Below are positions 1-11,868 of a stretch of DNA of 64,000 nt, piece after piece. The stretch comes from Antedon mediterranea (taxonomy: Eukaryota > Animalia > Echinodermata): assembly GCF_964355755.1 (NCBI RefSeq), contig NC_092673.1:10760948-10824947 (forward strand). Reading direction: 5' to 3'. Position numbers and translations under genes: made by a program. Under the pieces are notes generated by a model, which saw only the letters and a program-made list of their open reading frames with translations, was not told the origin of the DNA and searched no databases. Each line of letters starts with the position of its first letter. Position 1 is the stretch's first letter.

Positions 1-1824
1 GAGCTGATAATAGTCTATTTATATGAAATGAATGATCCATCAATGTAAAATGATGTTATGCAAATTTGTTTCTGATTTAAAAAAAGGTCCACTTGGTTAG
101 GCTTGACATTTAAAACCATAAAAATATCTCAATTTCAAAAACCATATTTATTTTCAATTAAAAAAAAAAAGAAAAAAATATTCCTAGAGGTTCGAACCCA
201 CTACTGAGAGAACTCAAACCTGAGCATTAGCGGTTAGGCCACAAACCAGTAGATGAGTGAAGAGCTGATAATAGTCTATTTATATGAAATGAATGATCCA
301 TCAATGTAAAATGATGTTATGCAACTTTGTTTCTGATTTAAAAAAAGGTCCACTTGGTTAGGCTTGACATTTAAAACCATAAAAATATCTCAATTTCAAA
401 AACAATATTTATTTTCAAATAAAAAAAGAAAGAAAAAAAGTATCCCTAGAAGTTCGAACCCACTATTGAAGTCACTCAAACCTGAGCATTACCCGTTACG
501 CCGCAAACCAGTATATGACTGAAGAGCTGATAATAGTCTATTTATATGAAATGGATTATCAATCAATGAAAAATAATGCCATGCAACTTTGTTTCTGATT
601 TCAAAAAAGGTTCACTTGTTTAGGCCTGACAGTTGCAACCCTCAAAATATCTCACTTTCAAAAACAATATTTATTTTCAATTAAAAAAAAAAGAAAAAAA
701 TACCCGTATAGGTTCGAACCCACTACTGAGAGCACTCAAACCTGTGCATTATCCGTTACGCCACAAACCAGTAGATGACTGAGGAGCTGATAACAGTCTA
801 TATATATGAAATGAATGATCAATCAATGAAAAATAATGCCATGCAACTTTGTTTCTGATTTTAAAAAATGTCCACTTGTTTAGGCCTGACATTTACAACC
901 CTCAAAATATCTCACTTTTAAAAAACCATATTTATTTTCAATTTAAAAAAAAAAGAAAGAAAAATATCCCTAGAGGTTCGACCCACTACTCAGAGCACTC
1001 AAACCTGAGCATTACCCGTTACGCCACAAACCAGTAGATGAATGAAGAGTTGATAACAGTCTATTTATATGATGCCATGCAACTTTGTTTCGGAATTTAA
1101 AAAAGATCCATTTGTTTAGGCATGACATTCACAACCCTAAAAAATATCTCATTTTCAAAAAATATATTTATTTTCAATAAGAAAAAAAAAGCAATATCCC
1201 TAGAGGTTGGAACCCGCTACTGAGAGCACTCAAACCTGGGTATTACCCGTTACGCCACAAACCAGTAGATGACTGAAGAGCTTATAATAGTCTATTTATA
1301 TTAAATGAATAATAAATCAATGAAAAATAATGCCATGCAACTTTGTTTCTGATTTTAAAAAAGGTTCACTTGTTTAGGCCTGACATTTACAACCCTCAAA
1401 ATATCTCACTTTGAAAAACAATATTTATTTTCAATTAAAAAAAAAAGAAAAAAAATATCCGTAGAGGTTCGAACCCACTAGTGAGAGCACTCAAACTTGA
1501 GCATTACCCGTTACGCCACAAACCAGTAGATGAGTGAGGAGCTGATAATAGTCTATATAAATGAAATGAATGATCAATCAATGCAAAATAATGCCATGCA
1601 ACTTTATTTCTGATTTTAAAAAAGGTCCACTTGTTTAGGCCTGACATTTACAACCCTCAAAATATCTCACTTTCAAAAACCATATTTATTTTCAATTTAA
1701 AAAAAAAAAGAAAACAAATATCCCTAGAGGTTCGACCCACTGCTCAGAGCACTCAAACCTGAGCATTACCCGTTACGCCACAAACCAGTAGATGACTGAG
1801 GAGCTGATAATAGTCTATATATAT
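1..1824 (-). repeat. ~261-bp satellite array (sat261), about 7 monomers, tRNA-derived segment on the minus strand
   Basis: GAGCTGATAATAGTC recurs at 1, 262, 524, etc. The reverse complement of each unit reads TGGCGTAACGG (A box) ... GGTTCGAACC (B box) ... oligo-T. Confidence 0.95.
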
Positions 1825-2020
1825 TGTCATTGTGACTTCGTGGAGAGCGAACGCGTTTTGGATTCGCTCCGCTAAGCTGCTAACTCCATGTAAATTGAGC
1901 AGCGGGTAATATGAATACCTAAACCTCCACGCCCAGGTGAGGCATGCATGCAATAGCTACCGAGCACGCTAAACATACTGAAGATACAATTGTACTATAG
2001 GATAACTAATCGAATACAAT

Positions 2021-2725
2021 ATGGCAACAAAAACTAGATCAAAAGCGGACAGTGAAGACAAGTTGGACACAATTATAGGGAAACTAAAGAAACTGGAAAT
2101 ACTCGACTCCATTAACGAAAGGCTTGTCATTTTGGAAGAGGACTTCAAAAACATGTGGCAGAAGGTTAGGGATATGGAAGCATCCCAAGAATCACTACAG
2201 GCTAATTTAGATGAAAAGGCAGACTCGCAGGATATGGAAGTACTACAAAATCGGGTAGACGAACTGGAAAATAGGCAACGGAGGAACAACATAGTTATTT
2301 TTGGCATTCCAGAGCAGTCGGAAGGTAATAACTGTTCAGATTATATTCTAGGATTCTTTAAAACATACCTGAAAGTGGATAGTAATAGGCCTATGGACAT
2401 AGAACGAGCTCACCGTACCCCGACATTCCTGCCCACAGGTGGTAAACGAGCCAAGTATCCGAGGCCAATACATATTGCCTTCAATAAATTCACCGACAAA
2501 ATTAAAGTAATGAAGGGAGCTGTAAACTTGAAAAACAGTCCCTTTCCTGGAAAAAAAGTTTGGATAACGGATGACTTTACCCCAAATCTGAGAATAAAGA
2601 GGAAGCGGTTGTGGGCCAAACGTAAGAAACTCTTAGAGGAGAAACCCGGCAGAAAAGTTTTCTTAAATTACCCGGCTGTATTAAGAATTGTAGAAGAAGA
2701 CGGGAGTTCGAGACTAGTGCAGTAA
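2021..2725 (+). CDS. LINE ORF1p, L1-type (coiled coil + RRM + CTD; Transposase_22-like), 234 aa, intact
   Basis: Heptad-rich N-terminus followed by ELENRQRRNNIVIFGIPE, IERAHR, RPIHIAF and WITDDFT motifs typical of L1-like ORF1. Confidence 0.9.
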   Translation: MATKTRSKADSEDKLDTIIGKLKKLEILDSINERLVILEEDFKNMWQKVRDMEASQESLQANLDEKADSQDMEVLQNRVDELENRQRRNNIVIFGIPEQSEGNNCSDYILGFFKTYLKVDSNRPMDIERAHRTPTFLPTGGKRAKYPRPIHIAFNKFTDKIKVMKGAVNLKNSPFPGKKVWITDDFTPNLRIKRKRLWAKRKKLLEEKPGRKVFLNYPAVLRIVEEDGSSRLVQ

Positions 2726-3000
2726 ATCTGTCTGTATAAGGCTGTAATTTAACTTAAAAAACATAACTCTGTGTCGCTATATGATATATTAATTTATCCA
2801 ACAATGTACTGATATTGTATGTATGCCTGTTAGGGGTATATCAGTGATGATTGTATTGATACTTATCTTTTTTCGCTACTTTTTTCGTTGCTTAAAAAAA
2901 AAAATTAGGCTATTATTATATTTGAAGAGAATTTACGTTTCGGGGGTATGGAAGGGGGAAGGATATACAGGGTTTTTTTTATTTTTACTCTATAACAAAA

Positions 3001-3834
3001 ACAAGGCCAACAGCCATTAAGTCGCGTGCTACAATGCATAGTGATACCGGACCGACAGACAAACAGACCGACAGACAGACAGGCCGACAGACAGACGGAT
3101 TGACCGACATAGTGAACTATACTGACCGAAATTACTGAACATGTTTAAAAATGTTGAAATGTTTAAAAACATTTATATTTTTTTAATTTACACGTGCGTA
3201 GCCTGTCACTTTTGACGTGCTCGTATAACGTAATTTCGAGTTGAAAAGTAAGTCAAGAAAACAGAAATCGGGCAAAAAGAGTGCGCAATAACATTTAACG
3301 CGCACTGCGCGCGCAAAAATCTGCGCACTCATGGCAATTTTGTAAACGCTTAAAATTGCCTGAAACGTACTCTTATTTCATCGAAAATAAATTTTGAAAA
3401 TTTTAAGCGCGCGTACGCATGCGTTACATGCGCTACGCACGTAATTGTATTGCCATAATTATGATGATTTATGCCCTGAAATTTATGAGTACCAAATTTT
3501 ATTTAATTGTGATTCATGGTTGTTAAGATATGATTACAAACGTGATTTCGTTAAATCGTGCGTAGACCGCGTAATTTTTTATTGCGCAGCGTGAAAACAT
3601 AACCACATCGATTTCTGGCCATAAAGAATATTCTGTGAAAAATTGACTTAGCTAGATTAAACTGATATCAAGATAAGGTCATAAAGCGATAAAACGCATA
3701 GTGATACCGGACCGACAGACAGACAGACAGACAGACAGACCGACAGACAGACCGACAGACAGACCGACAGACAGACAGACAGACAGACCGACCGACCGAC
3801 ATAGTGAACTATAGAGTCGCTTCCACGCGACTAA
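3001..3834 (-). mobile_element. Non-autonomous Helentron-associated (HINE/DINE-1-like) element nested in the LINE inter-ORF spacer
   Basis: Minus strand starts TTAGTCGCGTGGAAGCGACT (subterminal IR with foldback), has two GTCT/GTCG microsatellite blocks, a 3' subterminal IR GCACGCGACT and ends TTGGCCTTGT. It sits in a T run with no TSD. Same ends as 28039-28237. Confidence 0.72.
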
Positions 3835-4390
3835 AAACTGAACACATATGCTAATTTTAACACGAGGTATGATCGAACAATTGGTAATCTGAATACAAAA
3901 GTAATACGCATTGCCACAGCACAGGGCTATTTTGGACTGCGATTACATACAAATTTTACTTTACCTAATGATCTTGGAAAATGTAGTTGCCCACTGATAA
4001 TTAGTAATAAAAATTACTGGATACTTGAAGTTAATACTAATTACGACTCTTTCATTTCGGCCGGAACATGGTGTATAGACATTGTTGGGCCCCTTAAAAA
4101 CTTCAGAAAAAATACTGTTAAAATAAAAGAAAATATAGGAGAGCAATCAAGTAAACTTATAATCGTCTGTAATAAAAATTTAATTAACATAAAATGCAAA
4201 TTTTACGAACGTGGTAAAATACAATGCAATAGAATTGGTCCGTTACTCACCGAAGCTAAAACAATCTTTGGACTGCTATGGTTTATGGTTGTTGCACAAA
4301 ACAACCATTATGACACCATATATACCCTTGCTTTATTATTTTATCTACCGTTATATATAAACAAAATAAGTAAAAAAATAACAATAAAAA

Positions 4391-7300
4391 ATGTCTAATA
4401 ATAATAATACGCTATCAATAGTTTCAATGAACTGTCGAGGTCTAGCAGAAAAATCAAAACGCAAAGATGTGTTACACTATCCAAAGTCAAAAAAATACAA
4501 TATTATCTGCCTCCAAGATGTACACTTCTCGGCAGAAACTGAGTCACTTGTTAGATTGGAGTGGGGCCTTGATTGTTTTATTAGTTCATATCGTAGTAAT
4601 GCAAGGGGAGTCGCAATCTTTTTCAATAATAACTTTCCCTACACTGTTACAAAGCATAAAAAAGATAATGATGGAAATATTAGCTTTGGAGGTAAAGGTT
4701 GATGATCTAAAATTTACGCTAATCTCAATTTATGGGCCCAACAACGACACCCCCGGTTTTTACGACAAAATGAGGGAAGTTGTTTTAGAATATGAAAACC
4801 CACATAATATCGTTTGCGGCGACTGGAACTGTATTTTGGACAAAAAATTAGACTGTAAAAATTATCTAAAACTTAATAATCCAAAGGCAAGAGAAAAGAT
4901 AATAAATATTTGTAGTGAATTTAATCTTACAGATGTTTGGCGTGTTTACAACCAAGAAGAACAAAAGTTTACCTGGAGACAGAATAAATTCAATAAACAA
5001 GCCAGGCTTGATTATTTCCTAATCTCATCTGAACTAAACAGCAAAATGCTGGATTGTAATATAAAACCAGGCTACCGAACCGATCACTCACTTGTAGATA
5101 TTAAAATGAAGATGAACCAGATAAAACACGGGCCAGGATACTGGAAATTTGACAATACCTTATTAAAAGATATTCAATACGTGCAACAAGTTAAAGAAAC
5201 CATAAATAGAGTCCTAAAACAATATATAGTGCAAAACGAAAAAGATAATAAAGATGCTAATAAAGCGCTGTTTAGCATCAGTGATCAACTTCTTTTAGAA
5301 ATGATATTAATGGAAATTAGAGCAAAAACAATTTCTTACGGGGCTTATAAGAAAAAGATTGAAAATAAAAAAGAAAAAAATTAGAAAGGGAAATAGAAAA
5401 AATAACACTTGATATCAATAAGGGCGACGCCACGTTAAACGATACACTAGAACTTAAGTCCGGCGAACTTATGAGTATCAGAAAAGTGAAGATGGAAAGA
5501 ATAATGATGAAAACTAAACTTAAATGGATCGAAGAAGGCGAAAGGCCCACCAAATTTTTTCTTAACATGGAAAAGAAAAATTTTGTTGATAAAACTATAA
5601 ATAAAATAGTATAGGAAAGCAACAATAGTATTCTGCAAAACACAAATGAAATTCTTGTTGAGTCTAGACACTTTTATAAAAACCTTTATTCCTCAAACCA
5701 CAATACAGATGATGAAAAAAATATTGTAAAACTTCTTAAAACTATGAATACATTACCAACATTAACAAAAGAACAACAAAATAAAATTGAAGAGCCAATT
5801 ACTTATAATGAACTTTTAGTGGCTCTTAAGAGGTCACAAAATGGAAAGTCACCTGGTATTGACGGCTTTAGCTATGAGTTTTTTAAGTTCTTTTTTGCGG
5901 ATTTAGTTTGCTATCTTTTGAGAGCTATTAACGAGTCGTATAACTCAGGTCAACTGTCAACTTCCCAAAAGTCAGGAATAATTACTTTACTCCCTAAGGC
6001 GGATAAACCCAGAGAGTATCTAAAAAACTGGAGACCTATTACCCTGTTAAGTGTCACTTATAAACTTGTTTCGTCATGCATTGCAGAACGAATAAAATCG
6101 GTCCTTGATATATTAATTAGTGAACAACAGAAAGGATTTATTAATGGGAGATATATAGGCGAAAATACAAGACTTATGTATGATGTTATTCAAATTTGTG
6201 AAAAGAAGAAAATTCCTGGTCTGCTTTTACTGATAGACTTTGAAAAAGCGTTCGACTGCATTTCTCACACATTTGTTAACTGCGTTCTTAAACATTTTAA
6301 CTTCGGACAATCCATTCAAAAATGGGTGAAAGTACTATATAAAGATGCAAGATCCTCAGTTCTTGTCAATGGCTTTCTCTCCTAATCATTCTTAATCGAA
6401 AGAGGATGTAGACAAGGGGATGGGTTGAGTCCATACCTGTTTCCTTTGTGCGCAGAAATGTTATCCTCAATGATATCTGAAAATAAACAAATTAAAGGAA
6501 TATCAATTGCAAATCATGAGTATCGATTATCTCAGTATGCGGACGACACTGTATTGTTTCTTGACGGTAAAGAGAAGTCAATGCACGAAGCATTTAAGAC
6601 TCTCGACGTATTTTCCAAAATTTCCGGGCTAAAAGTGAATGTGAACAACACAAATGCTGTCTGGGTTGGCTCGTTTAAAGACCGAGGTGACTCAATATGC
6701 GAAAACTATAATATAAAATGGATCAAACATGGAGAACCCTTTGAATCATTGGGTATTCGGTTCAGTACAAATTGAAATAAAATGGTAGATTTGAACTATG
6801 AAGACGTATATAAATCAATAAAAAATACAATGAGACATTGGTCAAAAAGAAACTTAACTGTTTTGGGAAGAATCACGGTAGTGAAGTCTTTATTACTGTC
6901 CAAACTTACCTATATCCTTTCGACATTACCCGATCCCCCTGAAAATGTAATAAAATCACTTAAGTCAGAACTATATCGTTTCATATGGAAAGGGGTGGAT
7001 AGAATATCCAGAGATCAACTTATACAAGAAAATAAATTTGGAGGCTTACGAATGGTCGATATAAACGCATATATTCAATCGGTAAAAATCACGTGGGTTA
7101 GACGGTTAGTAACGTCCAATGAGACGGGATGGGCTCTTTTAGTTCCACTCGTGTTGAATATTCATAAAACTTGGCTCATAGAAGGCAGATCATCGAAATT
7201 AATCAAATTAGCGAAGGTTAAGCCTTACAATGCATTTTGGCTGGATGTAATAAAGGCGTGGTGCGTATTTGTGAAACACAACACTCCTATGAGCACCGAA

Positions 7301-8218
7301 TCGATATGTAGACAAACACTCTGGATGAATGACAATATTAAAGTCGGCGGAGAAAGTATCTATTATAAAAACTGGAGTAATCATGGGGTGAATTTTATAA
7401 ATGATTTAGTTGATAGACATGGAATAACTCCATTAAAACAACTTAGTAAACGTCATAATCTTAACATCAACTTTCTTCAATATTAAGGCCTAATACATGC
7501 GATCAGACAACATACGTCTTTATATCAAATTTTTCCAAAAGGAAAAATAAATAGCCCACTACTACCTTTTAACCTTAGCGTAGTAATAAAAAATAAAAAA
7601 GGATCAAAGCTAATTTATAATACTCTAATCAACTCTAGAAAAAAACAATCGAAAGCTAAAATTAAGTGGGAGAAGGCACTGGATACTTTATATGTTGATA
7701 AAGAGTGGGAAATTATTAATACCATGTTTTTCTCACTTACTATGTCCACACCACTAATCTGGTTTCAATATAAAATTGTGCATAGAATTTTAGGTAATAA
7801 CTCCTTTTTGTATAAAATTGGGAAAATTGACTCACCTTTATGTGCTTTATGTAAAGCAGAAACAGAAACCTTAATACATATTTTTGCACAATGCTGTGAA
7901 ATTAAAATATTTTGGAGAAAGATTAAACAATGGTTGAAATCATATTTTAATATAAATGTAATTATCAACCCCGAATTATGCCTTTTTGGAGTTAGAAAAA
8001 AAACATTTAAAGCCCTAAATACTATTTTACTAATTTGTCGACACTACATATATAGCTGTAAAATGAGAAAAATTAAGCCTAATATTGCTCGATTCGTGAA
8101 TGAGATTAAGTTACACGTTAAACAAGAAGAATTTATTTTGAAAACTAAAGGGGAGCATCATACTTACTTAAACAAATGGAGTCCTTTCTTGGAAAAACAT
8201 GAACTTATTGACTGGTAA
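4391..8218 (+). pseudogene. L1/Tx1 ORF2 (endonuclease-reverse transcriptase-zinc knuckle), disrupted
   Basis: SMNCRGL, CLQDVH, GDWN, RLDY, TDH (endonuclease); KSPGIDG, NWRPITLL, DFEKAFD, RQGDGLSP, YADD (RT); CALC..ETLIHIFAQC (CCHC). Frameshifts near 4680 and 5380; in-frame stops at 5612, 6383, 6773 and 7484. Confidence 0.93.
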
Positions 8219-8242
8219 CTTTGCATTTAAAAAAAAGGACTT

Positions 8243-8915
8243 AGTACTGTTTGTTATATTATGTTTTTTAATCCTGAATTATTTATAGACTTTTATGATC
8301 TGTTTATTTAGTAAGTTAAACTATTTATTTGAATAAGAAAGTTTTATGTTTAATTAAATTATTTAGTTGAAATATGTTATAAAAGAAAAAATTGACAACA
8401 AATTATTTATAGACTTTGTTTTTAAGAAAAAAGAAAAAGTAGATTTATATTTATTACATCATGAAATTATTTATAGTTTGTTCTTAAGAGAAATGTATAT
8501 TATATATTATTATTATTTAAAAGGTGTTATTATTTTAAGCTATTTTTTAAATTGAAATATGAAAGTGTTCAATAAAAGCACTGTTTTCATATAATGTTTT
8601 TTTTTAATCTTGAATTTATAGAACTTTTATCATCTGTTTATTTAGTAAGTAATAACTATTTATTTGAATAAGAAAGTTTTATGTTTAATTAAATTATTTT
8701 TTAGTGGAAATATGCTAAAAAAGAAAAAATTGACAACAAATTATTTATAGACTTTGTTTTTAAGAGAAAAGAAAAAATAGATTTATATTTATTACATTGT
8801 GAAATTATTTATATTTTGTTCTTAAGAGAAATGTATATTGTGTATTACTATTTATAAGAAAGTGTTATTATTTTAAGCTATTTTTAAAATTTAAATATGA
8901 AAGTGTTCAATAAAA
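8243..8915 (+). repeat. ~338-bp tandem duplication forming the LINE 3'UTR
   Basis: Two diverged copies, each ending AAATATGAAAGTGTTCAATAAAA (about 8556-8577 and 8894-8915). Confidence 0.85.
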
Positions 8916-8938
8916 AAAAAAAAAAAAAAAAAAAAAAA

Positions 8939-9468
8939 GTATAAGTGCAATTCTGGGCTCTATTTTCATTATTAGCTCTGCCCCAAACATGGTGGGCTAG
9001 TAGCCTACTAGAGACCTAATATTTAATTTCATATTTCAATGAATAGGTGCACTTTCCGGGGACAAGCTCTATTGTCCTTGATAGTCTTATATATTTTGTT
9101 TCATATAATTTCAAATCATGTAAAGTACCATTTTCAGGCGGGAGTCTGTGCAACTCTATTTTTTAAATTTTAAACAGTATGGTATGCCGTCGTGGTTGTT
9201 ATGCAAATGAGCTTGTGCACGTGTATTATGGGGAAGATAATGTTAATCATTCGCGGTCAACACGCCACACTGTTAAATTTTGATGCTGTTAATATTTACA
9301 TTAGAATATTGTTCAAATCATGTAAATAAAACATTTTCCGGGCGGGAACCCAGCAGCTCTCGAAAAGAACTCCAGGTGGAAAAGAAGCTCACCCATGAGT
9401 ACTGAATATGAAGGAGCACATTGGCTTCTTTTGGAGGCTTTATAGCAGTCTTTTTACATGTATTTCAT
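8939..9468 (+). repeat. Partial copy of the inter-array spacer (matches about 11339-11868)
   Basis: GTATAAGTGCAATTCTGGGCTC... near-identical to 11339 onward and followed by sat261 in both places. Confidence 0.92.
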
Positions 9469-10400
9469 TTCAAAAACAATATTTATTTTCAATTTAAAAA
9501 AAAAAGAAAAGAAATATTCCTAGAGGTTCGAACCCACTACTGAGAGAACTCAAACCTGAGTATTACCGGTTACGTCACAAACCAGTAGATGAGTGAAGAG
9601 CTGATAATAGTCTATTTATATGAAATGAATGATCCATCAATGTAAAATGATGTTATGCAACTTTGTTTCTGATTTAAAAAAAGGTCCACTTGGTTAGGCT
9701 TGACATTTAAAACCATAAAAATATCTCACTTTCAAAAACAATATTTATTTTCAAATAAAAAAAAAAAGAAAAAAAATATCCCTAGAAGTTGGAACCCAAT
9801 ATTGAAATAACTCAAACCTGAGCATTACCCGTTACGCCGCTAACCAGTATATGACTGAAGAGCTGATAATAGTCTATTTATATGAAATGGATAATCAATC
9901 AATGAAAAATAATGCCATGCAACTTTGTTTCTGATTTTAAAAAAGGTTCACTTGTTTAGGCCTGACAGTTGCAACCCTCAAAATATCTCACTTTCAAAAA
10001 CAATATTTATTTTCAATTAAAAAAAAAAGAAAAAAATACCCATATAGGTTCGAACCCACTACTGAGAGCACTCAAACCTGTGCATTATCCGTTACGCCAC
10101 AAACCAGTAGATGACTGAGGAGCTGATAATAGTCTATTTATATGAAATGAATAATAAATCAATGAAAAATAATGCCATGCAACTTTGTTTCTGATTTTAA
10201 AAAAGGTTCACTTGTTTAGGCCTGACATTTACAACCCTCAAAATATCTCACTTTGAAAAACAATATTTATTTTCAATTAAAAAAAAAATGTCCTTACAGG
10301 TTCGAACCCACTACTGGGAGCACTCAAAACTGAGCATTACCCGTTATGCCATAAAGTAGTACACGACAGAACAGTTTATAATAGTCTATTTATAAGTGTA
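9469..10400 (-). repeat. sat261 array, about 3.5 monomers, ending in a diverged terminal monomer
   Basis: Same monomer as 1-1824; terminal variant TTATGCCATAAAGTAGTACACGACAG. Confidence 0.93.
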
Positions 10401-10456
10401 TTACGAAATTCATCATTACGTCATAAATATCATATTAACCTTTTTAAAACCAAAAT

Positions 10457-10696
10457 GGCCAGTTAGCTCAGACGACGTGTTGACAACACGTATGTCGTGG
10501 GTTCGATTCCCACGCTGGTCGGTGGAATAGAGGTAAAGGTATCCGACCAACTGTGTTTGTGGTTCACAGAATTTACGTCCCCCTTTCCACCACACATCTT
10601 GAGAAGGCACTAGCAATGCATCTGGTGATGATGTGGTGGAAACGACCCCAAGGCCGTGGCAGGGCCTTAGTGCTGAAACAGGGAGAGCACATTTTT
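10457..10696 (+). ncRNA. tRNA-headed SINE-like or Pol III ncRNA-like element, copy 1 (8-bp deletion in the D arm)
   Basis: GGCCAGTTAGCTCAG...GTGGGTTCGATTCCCAC-GCTGGTC head lacking TGAGCGTC relative to the 17783 copy, then a hairpin-rich body and TTTTT at 10692. Confidence 0.65.
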
Positions 10697-10798
10697 AATT
10701 TTTTTTTTTGGCTTTCGCTACATGTATTTGATCTCGTAAATTTTATGTTTAGCGCCCTCAATTTAATGTAAAAAGAAATTAATTTATCTTCGTTACGT

Positions 10799-11868
10799 GT
10801 TCAGAAGAGAATGTATGTCTCACCGTAGTTTGGTATGCCGTTTGTTATTATGCAAATGAGTTTTTGCAAGTGTAGTGGGAAAGATGGTATTGTTAGTAAT
10901 TCGCGGTCAACACGCCACACTGTTGAATTTTGATTTTGTTAATCAATGTTGCTACATTGGTAGCGAAATGTCCGATTCATGCAAGATATTGTATTGTAAT
11001 AAGTTATGAATAAACATTTATGGATGGTAGTTGGTGTGTATGGCCGCACCGTCCCAGAATAAACATGTTTTAAACAGATAATTTGTCTCCGATGATTTTT
11101 GTATGGGGTTAATGGAGAGTGAAATAGATCAAATATTGAACATTTGCAAAGATGCCGATTTCCAGACTGATTTCGAAACTTAGACTAATTCCGCCGCCGG
11201 GCTAGGCCTTAGGCATATACGAAGTCGAGTTTTTAAAGTAGAAAACTCTACCTAAACTTTTGAATTCGCATCTGGATAGTTGAATTTTTAACAAATATCA
11301 TAAATATCATAGGTGATTATGTATGGTAATAAGTATAAGTATAAGTGCAATTCTGGGCTCTATTTTCATTATTAGCTCTGCCCCAAACATGGTGGGCTAG
11401 TAGGCCTACTGGAGACCTAACATTTAATTTCGTATTTCAATGAATAGGTGCACTTTCCGGGGACAAGCTCTATTGTCCTTGATAGTCTTATATATTTTGT
11501 TTCATATAATTTCAAATCATGTAAAGTACCATTTTCAGGCGGGAGTCTGTGCAACTCTATTTTTTAAATTTTAAACAGTATGGTATGCCGTCGTGGTTGT
11601 TATGCAAATGAGCTTGTGCACGTGTATTATGGGGAAGATAATGTTAATCATTCGCGGTCAACACGCCACACTGTTAAATTTTGATGCTGTTAATATTTAC
11701 ATTAGAATATTGTTCAAATCATGTAAATAAAACATTTTCCGGGCGGGAACCCAGCAGCTCTCGAAAAGAACTCCAGGTGGAAAAGAAGCTCACCCATGAG
11801 TACTGAATATGAAGGAGCACATTGGCTTCTTTTGGAGGCTTTATGACAGTCTTTTTACATGTATTTGA
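10799..11868. other. ~1.07-kb non-coding spacer between sat261 arrays with internal diverged direct repeats
   Basis: TGGTATGCCG..TATGCAAATGAG..TTCGCGGTCAACACGCCACACTGTT occurs at about 10831-10935 and 11581-11685. No ORF. Confidence 0.7.

Larger units (their letters stand above)
1825..8938 (+). mobile_element. Full-length but decayed L1/Tx1-clade non-LTR retrotransposon
   Basis: Satellite similarity stops near 1824. Then 5'UTR, ORF1, a long spacer, ORF2 (APE endonuclease, RT, CCHC), AT-rich 3'UTR, AATAAA and a ~27-nt poly(A) ending at 8938. Confidence 0.93.

Noticed and set aside
775-815. Hammerhead ribozyme in sat261 (CTGANGA with N = A, G or C, then a GCTG-ATAA-TAGT mini-stem)
   Set aside because: The required GAAA does not directly follow stem II (CTAT follows), stems I and III could not be built, and many monomers have GTGAAGA. 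An RNAmotif/Infernal scan would settle it.
849-1037. Recurrent 60-90 aa ORFs in sat261 (MFLILKKVHLFRPD...), also at 48823-53253
   Set aside because: They start at TTG, and their frames depend on variable A-run length. By-products of the repeat.
10553-10771. 72-76 aa ORFs over the tRNA-headed element (also 17875-18105)
   Set aside because: Starts differ between copies, copy 3 has an internal deletion, and no domain is recognisable.
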